Source: an uncultured Brevinematales bacterium (GTDB lineage: Bacteria > Spirochaetota > Brevinematia > Brevinematales > JAOACQ01). From it: a stretch of 64,000 nt of DNA. The stretch lies in assembly GCA_964533855.1 (NCBI GenBank), contig CAZHNM010000002.1, forward strand, positions 16,862 to 80,861, in the 5' to 3' direction. Position numbers and translations under genes: made by a program. The notes beneath the pieces are model-generated. The model worked only from the letters and a program-made list of their open reading frames with translations, had not been told where the DNA came from and did no database searches. Shown here one piece after another: positions 48,770-56,622 of the stretch (positions are counted from its first letter, which is position 1; each line of letters starts with the position of its first letter).

Positions 48770-51142
48770 ATGAAAATAATATTCATATCGATTATCATGT
48801 TTTTTGCGGCAGCCGGTTTATCTTTTTCCGCGAACCTGACGGTGAAAGTTACCGACGGCAGGATAGGCCTGGAAGATGCGGAACTGACTTTTCCGGAAAT
48901 CAAGGCCGACTTCCTCTCTGACGATAAAGGGATTTGTGTGTTTAAGAACATTAAGCCCGGAAAATACACAATTTATGCAATGCTGCCGGGGTATGAAAAA
49001 TATTCAAATTCGATTGAAATTAAAAATGAAAATCAGGAAATGGTAATCCTCTTAAAACAGGCGGTTTATTCCCTTGGAGAGATCAGTGTCGAATCAAAGC
49101 GCAACAAGGGAAAAGTGGACAGCAGGACTACTGTAAACCAGGGGGATCTCAGCGCCAACTCCCAGGGATTAATAAATGATTCATTTAAAACCCTCCAGCT
49201 TATGCCAGGTGTTTCATCGGGCGGGAGCGCGCTTGACAGCACCATGTACATCCAGGGAGGAAACGCTAACGAATGGATCGCTTCTATGGACGGTATAATG
49301 ATAGCAAATCCCACGAGATGGGATGTTTTAGGAGTATCAATATCCATGTTCAATCCGTCTTTTGTCGAAAGCATAGATCTTTATACGGCAGCTTACCCTG
49401 CAATGTACGGGCAGGGCCTTTCCGGAATAGTGGTTGTCGATACGATAAACGGAAGCTCGGCCAGGTGGAAAGGATTCATAGACTTATCCCTGATAAATGC
49501 GGAAATACTTGTAGATGGCCCGTTAACTTCTAACCTGACTGTCGCACTGGATCTGAGAGCGACTTCTTATGCTATAATCGGTCCGATTATAATCCAGCTT
49601 GTCGAACCGGGTTTAGCGGGAGATTTAGTACAATGGCCTTACCTCTACGACGGTATCATGAAAGTAAGCTGGGACATCACACCTGACGATAAGCTCGTCT
49701 TCGATGCTTACAGTTCCATAGAGGGTGTTCAGCTCAATCTCGGCGCTTCTACCAACACCATGCAGAACAGCTATAGCCCCGGGGCTGACTATCAATACCA
49801 TATACTCAATGTCATAGGCAGTGCGAGATATACCCGAGAGGTTAATTCCCAGGATTCTTTCGATATCTCTGCGGGAGTTACGCCTACTATAATTAATGAA
49901 CTGTTCAGCCAGGGTTCAATCTTACAGGCAAATATATCCAACGGCCAGTACATATACCAGATTATTCCGAATTATTATTTGAATTCCATCCCGGGCCATA
50001 AAATCCAGGCCGGGGGTATGGTTCTCTACTGCAACCCCCTGTACGGAAACATGGATATCAGCGAATATGCGCTGAACCCCCAGGGAGTATGGACAAATAT
50101 TGTAAGCATAAATTACAATCCAAACCCGATTCAGGCCACATATTGTGCAGCCTACCTGATGGATAACTGGGAATTCATACAGTCCCTTATACTTGAATTA
50201 GGGGGAAGGGAGGAATACTGGTCTCTCAATAACGAATACAATTTCAATCCCCAGGCCGGGATCAAATGGGAAGCGGCAAGGGATCTCGACTTCTACATAA
50301 GGGGCGGGCGTTATTCATTATTTCCCTTTAACTATTTCGATTTGAACAGCGTAAACGGAAACCCTGACCTTCAAAGCGAGAAGGTCTACCACGCGATAAC
50401 AGGAGCGGAATATTCCGACCCCGATTATATGTTCAAGATCGAGGGATTTTACAAATATTATTACGATCTTGACGAAAGCGATTCCGTTATCAATATAAAT
50501 AATAACGGGATCAGGAACATTTTCGGAGGGGATATCTACCTGCAGAAAAAGCAGAAGAAAGGTGACTGGCTGTCGGGATGGGTCTCATATACATATGTAA
50601 ACGGCCTCGAGGAAATAACGGACCGCTCGCCAGATAACCCTGCCAATCCGTATTCCCAGCCCCTGGACCAGTACTTTGTACCCGGTTATCTAAGGACCCA
50701 CACCATATCCGCGGTTGCGGAACTCACATATTATAAAAACCCCGACAAACCGTTGTTTCTGGATTTTATTCATCAATGGAAGTTTTCGATGACACTGACG
50801 GCAATGAGCGGCCTGCCGTATACCCCTGTCACGAATTATGTAGCCGCCACTGTAAACGGGTGGAGCCAGTATTATTATTTAAACGGCGATTACGACAGCA
50901 TGTACACGCCATGGTATGTCAGGCTTGATTTGAAATTAACTATTCCTTTCGGCGATTGGGCATGGCTTAAATGGATGTTCGGCCCTGACGCAGGAGGCTA
51001 TTTCTATGTAGAAGTCCTGAATGCCTTAGATAATGCCAATATCCTCGGATACTCATATTCGGTAAATAACGGACAGCTGACGCAAACCCCGGAGAATGAT
51101 ATTCCCATCCTGCCGGTGCTTGGTTTAAGGATCGAATTTTAA
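48770..51142 (+). CDS. outer-membrane beta-barrel protein with an N-terminal carboxypeptidase-regulatory-like domain (TonB-dependent receptor-like)
   Basis: The start at MKIIFISIIMFFAAAGLSFSA gives a signal peptide. A CarbopepD_reg-like segment is present (LTVKVTD...KPGKYTIYAMLPGYEKY). The C-terminal region is long and rich in aromatic beta-strand patterns, and the protein ends in ...GLRIEF. Confidence 0.7.
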   Translation: MKIIFISIIMFFAAAGLSFSANLTVKVTDGRIGLEDAELTFPEIKADFLSDDKGICVFKNIKPGKYTIYAMLPGYEKYSNSIEIKNENQEMVILLKQAVYSLGEISVESKRNKGKVDSRTTVNQGDLSANSQGLINDSFKTLQLMPGVSSGGSALDSTMYIQGGNANEWIASMDGIMIANPTRWDVLGVSISMFNPSFVESIDLYTAAYPAMYGQGLSGIVVVDTINGSSARWKGFIDLSLINAEILVDGPLTSNLTVALDLRATSYAIIGPIIIQLVEPGLAGDLVQWPYLYDGIMKVSWDITPDDKLVFDAYSSIEGVQLNLGASTNTMQNSYSPGADYQYHILNVIGSARYTREVNSQDSFDISAGVTPTIINELFSQGSILQANISNGQYIYQIIPNYYLNSIPGHKIQAGGMVLYCNPLYGNMDISEYALNPQGVWTNIVSINYNPNPIQATYCAAYLMDNWEFIQSLILELGGREEYWSLNNEYNFNPQAGIKWEAARDLDFYIRGGRYSLFPFNYFDLNSVNGNPDLQSEKVYHAITGAEYSDPDYMFKIEGFYKYYYDLDESDSVININNNGIRNIFGGDIYLQKKQKKGDWLSGWVSYTYVNGLEEITDRSPDNPANPYSQPLDQYFVPGYLRTHTISAVAELTYYKNPDKPLFLDFIHQWKFSMTLTAMSGLPYTPVTNYVAATVNGWSQYYYLNGDYDSMYTPWYVRLDLKLTIPFGDWAWLKWMFGPDAGGYFYVEVLNALDNANILGYSYSVNNGQLTQTPENDIPILPVLGLRIEF

Positions 51143-51259
51143 CCGGAAATTCTTTCAATCCTGATAAATTAATTGACACTTTATACAAAGCATATCAAAA
51201 TTATATCAGGCCGGGGGTGATCTATTAAAGCATCAATAATTCTATTATTTCTCGGAATC

Positions 51260-51688
51260 ATGATCCTTGTTTTCGGCTGCGCAGTTCCGGATACCGTCAG
51301 GCCTGAAGATATGTCCGTCAGGTATATTCTTGACGTCACGATGAATGAAAAAGCCCTCTATAACAATATCCTCGCATGGCTTGCCGAAAACGGAAACTCT
51401 TCCAGGAGTGTCCTGAAAGAGCGGCTGGAAAAGCCAACTGCCCCTTTGGGGGCCGGAAAAATTACAGGCAGAGGATACCTTGACATAACTCTGGATGGAA
51501 CTGAGGTAAAAACCGTTAATTACACTATAAAATTTTTGACTGAAGAAAACAGGTGCACGATGATCTTTGATAATTTCAAATACAACGGAAGCGGCGCCCC
51601 CGTATCGTCAAAAGAGCATTTCACGGTGATTAAATACGAAACCCGGAAAATAGCCGACAGCCTTCTCGAATTCCTGCAGAAGCGTTAA
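51260..51688 (+). CDS. putative lipoprotein (start probably upstream at a non-ATG codon)
   Basis: The lipobox LVFGC is only 7 residues from the annotated Met. The in-frame upstream codons after the TGA stop at 51218-51220 encode S-I-KASIILLFLGI, and from the ATT codon at 51224 this completes a signal peptide. GGGGG lies 6 nt before that ATT. Confidence 0.5.
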   Translation: MILVFGCAVPDTVRPEDMSVRYILDVTMNEKALYNNILAWLAENGNSSRSVLKERLEKPTAPLGAGKITGRGYLDITLDGTEVKTVNYTIKFLTEENRCTMIFDNFKYNGSGAPVSSKEHFTVIKYETRKIADSLLEFLQKR

Positions 51689-51693
51689 AGCTC

Positions 51694-54600
51694 TTATAGC
51701 TGCAGCTTCCTGATCTCATTCTCAAAAACAGAAGAGACATCCTGCCTGTGTTTGTCAATTGTGTTTTTTAGAAGGACAGGTGATTTTTCATCGATAATGC
51801 CGACAAAATAGCTCCTTTTAACGAGGTAGTCGTATTCGGCCGAATCCTGAGGATAGACGCTCAGATCTTTCGCGTTTCCCTTGACCATCCTGAGGATATT
51901 GATGAGATTCCTGAAAAATAGATAGCCGTTATTTAAAATTCCCCATGAATTTTCATCAATTACGCCGGTTTTGAAAAGGGCTTCTATGGAGTCGAGCGTG
52001 GATTCGCACCTGACGGCCGGGATATCTTTACCGCAGGCTATCTGGAGGGTCTGTACGAGGTATTCGATATCCACAAGGCATCCTTTCGAGTATTTAATAT
52101 TGGTCAGGCCCGGCTTTTTTATATACGAGCCGATCTGTTTTTCCCTGAGTTTATACAGCGCGTTGATATCGGGTTTTATACCGCTGTAGACAAAAAGGTC
52201 GCGACCTGAAATGATATCTTTTATCAGGCTTTCGGGCGCGTTACCCCCGCATATAGGGCGGAGCTTGACCATGGCCTGCTTTTCGAAATAATAAGCCTTG
52301 CCTTCACGGAAATATTCAAGAAAGACTGATTTCGAAACCGGAATTCGGGATGATTTGCCGTAAGGCCTGAGGTTTAAATCAATCTCGAAAATCCCCTCTC
52401 TTTTTGAACGAATGATCTTAAGAAGGTCCTGCATATATTTTTCGTAATAGGTAACCATGTCATTATTGCCGCGGGTACTTTCCTCCGGATCATCATCATA
52501 GATGAACATTATTTCTATATCCGAGGCGTAGCCGAGTTCCCTGCCCCCGAGTTTTCCGAGTCCGAAAACCGCCCAGGCCGGTACTTTTTTCATACCGCCT
52601 GTCTTCTGCATCTCTTTATCAATTTTCTTCATTGCAATATCTATGACCGATTCGGCAAGATCGGTCAGTTCCAGGGAGAATTCTGCCATACCGGTCATCT
52701 TCAGTATCTGCCTGATATCTATCCTGAACATTTCCCTGTCCTTCCAGTCATTCAGAAGGATGCTGAAATTTCCCTCCCGAACCTTCCCTGTTTGTCCGGA
52801 TAATTCACTTAAAAATAATTCGGTAAGCTGTTCCCTGGTGAAATGCTGCTTAAGGACAGGATCGCTCAACACCGGCAGCATATCAGTATACTGCAGCCTT
52901 ATCAGGTCCTCCCAGAAATAATCGCCGATCCCGAATACGGCCGCCAATTTTTCCTGGACATCCTTCTGCCCTAAAATCGGAAGCTCTTTTTTATCTCCGC
53001 TTTCCAGAACCCTCATGAGAAGTTCGTCAAAATACAGGAGCGCTTTATCGGGGTTGACGGCATTCTGGAGTAAAGTCGAATACTGCTTTATCAGGGCTGC
53101 GGCTATTTTAAGATTTTCAATTTCCCTTGTTTCCAGTATCTTTTTTCCGTCCCTTGTGAGAATAAACAGCCTGTCGAAGACCCTCTCACCGGAGGTATCT
53201 ATCTCGATTTTAAATATATAATAATTATAAAGGGCAAGAACGTTCGTAAATGTGTACAGGAAAGCGAAACTGTCCCCGGAACTTATGTTCAAAATCGTAT
53301 ACCGGCTGCTTGAAACATTGTCGACGCCTATTTCAACCGGAGCTATAGACGGAGTTTCGCCGGATTGAATCAATGAAATAAGACCGAGGATCTTGTTATT
53401 GAGGAATTCCTCGGCTTCCCTTGCCCTGTTGTTTTCAAGAAGACTCAGGATAAAGGACAGCTCTTTCCTGAAATTATCCCAGTCCGGTTCATGATGATTT
53501 TCAAACTCTTCGACGGTTAGAAAACATACAATCTTTCTCCTGTAGATCAGCCCCCCGGTTTCCGCGGGAGGGGAATATGGGTATATCCTCTTTTCCTGTC
53601 TCCTGTAAAATGCGCCGGAATCTCCGCCGTATGTGAATGATTCGCCGCTGATGATTTTCAGGTAATAGGCTGAAACCAGTCCTGCGATTTTCGAAAATTC
53701 ATAATAATAATCAAAAGCTACGATTGTAAGCTCCCACCTTCCGGGCCCTGTTTTTTCAGCTTTAATGAGGGCGGGGTTCCGGATATCGAGTTTTGAAATC
53801 ATCATTAAATGAGAATAGATATTATCTTCGCTGAAGGACAGGAAATACTCGCTGTCCATCCTCAGAAAATGATCCGAAAGGAGTTCCCTGTCGATATCGG
53901 GGTGACCGGCGAGAAGATTATCCTTCAATTCCAGGTAATGGATGGTTTCATCGAAAAGGTATGTGAATATTTCCCTGACTTCTTTCATGATATTTTGAAG
54001 CCTTGCCTTAAACTCCATGCTGTAATTATCTGTGCCGGAATCGAATCCGTCTATCCTCCAGGGGCGGAACAGCGTTTCGATATCCTTGTCATCAGCAGGC
54101 AGGGAATGTTCGGGAGTATTGTTTTTCAGCTGTATGATGTTTTCTATTTTACGCAAGGTTATATAGCTCGAATGCAGAATCGAGAATTCTCCGGGGGTTA
54201 TAATATGGAATGTACTGAGAAGCGAAAGAGCCGTGAGCGAATTGGGATTTTTAAATTCAGGATACCTTATTCCATGGATAAGCTGGAGAAACTGGATAAT
54301 AAATTCTATATCCCTTATTCCGCCAGGGGACTGCTTTATTTCGAATAAAAGGTTTCTGCTGCGAATATTGGTTTCGATAAGATCCTTGGTCCTTTTAATG
54401 TCGTATAAAATGGCATGCGGCTGGTGATGGCTGTATATAATATCGTCAAGCCGGGTGGAAAATTCATCGAAAAGAACTGCGCTTCCCCAGACAAGCCTTT
54501 TTTTTATCATTGCCTGGAGCTCCCATTTTCTTGCCCTGTCTCTGTAATAGTCAAGAGCATCGGCGGCTCTCATAAAGAGCGGACCGTTGCCGCCTTCCGG

Positions 54601-55182
54601 ACGCAGCCTCATATCCACCCTGTATAAAAAGCCTTCGCTTGTCGTGGAGCTTATAAAATCAAGAAGGCCTGTCAGTAATGCCCCTGTATAATCGTCGGAA
54701 TCCCCTACAAGAAAAACCAGGTCGATATCTGAACTGATATTAAGCTCGTTCCCGCCTAATTTCCCCATTCCGATAATAATAAGGTTTTCCACGAGGGATT
54801 TATAACGCAGCAGATCATTACCGCTTCCGGCTAAAAGGCTTTTGACCGAGTAATCTATGCAGAAATCAGCGAGCCTTGAAAGACTTTCGATGGTATCCTT
54901 GACGGTGTAAATTTTAAGAAAATCCTTGAGGGCGATAAGAGCAAGCTCCCTGTTTTTTATTTCCCTTGACCGGAGCTTGAGGCTTTCCGGCGCGGCATCC
55001 TCAGGCGGGAAAGGGTATTTCAAAGAATACGGATCCTCTATTACTCCTTCCAGGGTCCCATTGTTAAAACCCTCGATAATATTATACATTTCCAGTCTCA
55101 GCGCTTCATTCCTGGAAAGGAGCATTGATATGTAGGGACTGGAAAGCTCAAGGCTTCTTATGGATTCTTCAGGATTGATCAT
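51694..55182 (-). CDS. glnE: bifunctional glutamine synthetase adenylyltransferase/adenylyl-removing enzyme with a central ACT-ACT insertion
   Basis: 1162 aa with two GlnE nucleotidyltransferase cores (GMGKLGGNELNISSDIDLVF with MRLRPEGGNGPL, and GLGKLGGRELGYASDIEIMF with LNLRPYGKS). Residues ~435-700 between them contain two ACT-like beta-alpha-beta-beta-alpha-beta segments. Confidence 0.85.
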   Translation of the reverse strand: MINPEESIRSLELSSPYISMLLSRNEALRLEMYNIIEGFNNGTLEGVIEDPYSLKYPFPPEDAAPESLKLRSREIKNRELALIALKDFLKIYTVKDTIESLSRLADFCIDYSVKSLLAGSGNDLLRYKSLVENLIIIGMGKLGGNELNISSDIDLVFLVGDSDDYTGALLTGLLDFISSTTSEGFLYRVDMRLRPEGGNGPLFMRAADALDYYRDRARKWELQAMIKKRLVWGSAVLFDEFSTRLDDIIYSHHQPHAILYDIKRTKDLIETNIRSRNLLFEIKQSPGGIRDIEFIIQFLQLIHGIRYPEFKNPNSLTALSLLSTFHIITPGEFSILHSSYITLRKIENIIQLKNNTPEHSLPADDKDIETLFRPWRIDGFDSGTDNYSMEFKARLQNIMKEVREIFTYLFDETIHYLELKDNLLAGHPDIDRELLSDHFLRMDSEYFLSFSEDNIYSHLMMISKLDIRNPALIKAEKTGPGRWELTIVAFDYYYEFSKIAGLVSAYYLKIISGESFTYGGDSGAFYRRQEKRIYPYSPPAETGGLIYRRKIVCFLTVEEFENHHEPDWDNFRKELSFILSLLENNRAREAEEFLNNKILGLISLIQSGETPSIAPVEIGVDNVSSSRYTILNISSGDSFAFLYTFTNVLALYNYYIFKIEIDTSGERVFDRLFILTRDGKKILETREIENLKIAAALIKQYSTLLQNAVNPDKALLYFDELLMRVLESGDKKELPILGQKDVQEKLAAVFGIGDYFWEDLIRLQYTDMLPVLSDPVLKQHFTREQLTELFLSELSGQTGKVREGNFSILLNDWKDREMFRIDIRQILKMTGMAEFSLELTDLAESVIDIAMKKIDKEMQKTGGMKKVPAWAVFGLGKLGGRELGYASDIEIMFIYDDDPEESTRGNNDMVTYYEKYMQDLLKIIRSKREGIFEIDLNLRPYGKSSRIPVSKSVFLEYFREGKAYYFEKQAMVKLRPICGGNAPESLIKDIISGRDLFVYSGIKPDINALYKLREKQIGSYIKKPGLTNIKYSKGCLVDIEYLVQTLQIACGKDIPAVRCESTLDSIEALFKTGVIDENSWGILNNGYLFFRNLINILRMVKGNAKDLSVYPQDSAEYDYLVKRSYFVGIIDEKSPVLLKNTIDKHRQDVSSVFENEIRKLQL

Positions 55183-55323
55183 GAAATAGTATAGTCAGCC
55201 CCGTGAAAATTTTCAAACCTGGAAGGAGGAGTCGATATCAAATTCTTGAGTTTTTAATCCCGAATAAATATAATATTACCCTGTAATGGGCACTTCTAAT
55301 AACTGCCCCCCCCTTACGGGGAC

Positions 55324-55338
55324 CTTCGCTTCGCTTCG
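55324..55338 (+). repeat. (CTTCG)x3 pentanucleotide tandem repeat inside module copy 2
   Basis: CTTCGCTTCGCTTCG is read directly from the sequence. It is flanked by a direct repeat of GGGGACCT (55318-55325 and 55345-55352); the first copy overlaps the first two bases of the tandem repeat. Confidence 0.85.
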
Positions 55339-55365
55339 GCCTTTGGGGACCTGCTTGGTAGTGCT

Positions 55366-55434
55366 TGTCCTGGGGCCAGTTAGGCACCAGGGCCCACCTG
55401 TCCTGGGGACTGGCGCCAGGCCAGGCACCAGGGC
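55366..55434 (+). repeat. imperfect tandem duplication inside module copy 2
   Basis: Two units start with TGTCCTGGGG (55366, 55399) and end with AGGCACCAGGGC (55382-55393, 55423-55434). Each unit contains complementary CCTGG/CCAGG. Confidence 0.8.
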
Positions 55435-55524
55435 ATTGGGCGGAATTATTAGATCCATTAATATTGATTGTTTTTCAAGAACAAGTTTTTGGAACCGCCC
55501 TAAAAGTTATCGAGAGGTATAAAA

Positions 55525-56619
55525 ATGACTCGTAATTACGCTCTTACCAGCCCATACGGCGAAAAGGATATCTCGGGATGCGGCCTTATCGGATTTATTA
55601 ACAGGGACGGGATAAAATCAACAGGAACCGATGCTATAAAAGGCATTGAACATATGAAAGACAGGGGAAACGGCCTGGGCGGAGGTTTCGCCGTTTACGG
55701 CCTTTACGATACATACAAGGATTATTATGCTCTGCATGTGATGTATGACGATAACGCTTCGATGGAAGCCGGAAAGGATTATATAAAAAAATATTTCGAT
55801 ATCGTATATGAAGACCAGATCCCGACAAGGAAGAACAAAACGATCAGCAAACCCCCCATTTTTTACAGGTATTTCTGCCGTGTAACGGACGCCCAGCTTG
55901 GAAATGAAAAAGAGGACGATTACGTCGTTTCGCAAGTGCTGTTTATAAACAAGAATATCGACGGAGTTTTTGTAGTTTCGAGCGGCAAGAATATGGGAGC
56001 GTTCAAAGGAGTAGGCGAAGCTCATGAGATCGGAGATTTTTTCAGGCTTGACGAATACCGGGCCCATACATGGATCGCTCACAGCAGGTTTCCGACCAAC
56101 ACTCCAGGCTGGTGGGGAGGCGCTCACCCGTTCACTATTCTTAATTATTCCGTTGTCCACAACGGCGAAATTTCATCTTACGGAATTAACAGAAGATACC
56201 TTGAGAGTTTCGGTTACGAATGCACAATGAGGACCGATACCGAAGTCGTCGCTTATGCCGTCGATCTCCTGAAAAGGAAGCATAACCTTTCCTGGGATCA
56301 GATAGCCAAAGTTTTTGCGGCGCCGTTCTGGAAAGATATTGACGCAATGGATGAGAAATCGAAGGCTCTTTACAAGGAGATAAGGATTGTATACGGGAGC
56401 CTGCTTCTCAACGGGCCCTTTGCTTTCATAATCGGCTTCGACGGCGGGTTTATGGCACTCTCCGACAGGGTGAAGCTACGGCCCCTCGTAGCTGCCGAGA
56501 GCGGCAAAACCCTCTATGTATCGAGCGAGGAGGGGGCGATAAGGCGCATTAACGGCAAACTTGACCGGGTATGGCACCCTGAAGCCGGCGAGCCCGTTTT
56601 CGGCTACCTGGAGAATTGA
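55525..56619 (+). CDS. class-II (Ntn) glutamine amidotransferase, stand-alone glutamate synthase GltB domain-1-like protein
   Basis: 364 aa with a GAGAGG RBS. The candidate catalytic Cys lies in DISG-CGLIGFI, after an 18-residue leader. HSRFPTNT and VHNGEISSYG motifs are typical of GltB/PurF-type amidotransferases. Confidence 0.7.
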   Translation: MTRNYALTSPYGEKDISGCGLIGFINRDGIKSTGTDAIKGIEHMKDRGNGLGGGFAVYGLYDTYKDYYALHVMYDDNASMEAGKDYIKKYFDIVYEDQIPTRKNKTISKPPIFYRYFCRVTDAQLGNEKEDDYVVSQVLFINKNIDGVFVVSSGKNMGAFKGVGEAHEIGDFFRLDEYRAHTWIAHSRFPTNTPGWWGGAHPFTILNYSVVHNGEISSYGINRRYLESFGYECTMRTDTEVVAYAVDLLKRKHNLSWDQIAKVFAAPFWKDIDAMDEKSKALYKEIRIVYGSLLLNGPFAFIIGFDGGFMALSDRVKLRPLVAAESGKTLYVSSEEGAIRRINGKLDRVWHPEAGEPVFGYLEN

Positions 56620-56622
56620 CTC

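Larger units (their letters stand above)
55288..55501 (+). repeat. copy 2 (expanded, 214 nt) of the two-copy structured intergenic module
   Basis: It has the same arms as copy 1: 55288-55309, 55357-55364, 55434-55454 and 55484-55501. About 100 nt of extra GC-rich sequence lies between the arms. Confidence 0.85.

Noticed and set aside
55276-55522. ORFs crossing module copy 2: 78 aa on + (55286..55522) and 60 aa on - (55276..55458). A related 75-aa - ORF crosses copy 1 (41000..41227).
   Set aside because: The shared peptide fragments (LIIPPN, GQLLEVP) only reflect the conserved nucleotide arms. In copy 1 the + frame is interrupted by stops. The Pro/Gly-rich composition follows from the GC-rich repeats. 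No RBS is present and the - ORF of copy 1 runs into the AEC gene. I treat the region as non-coding.
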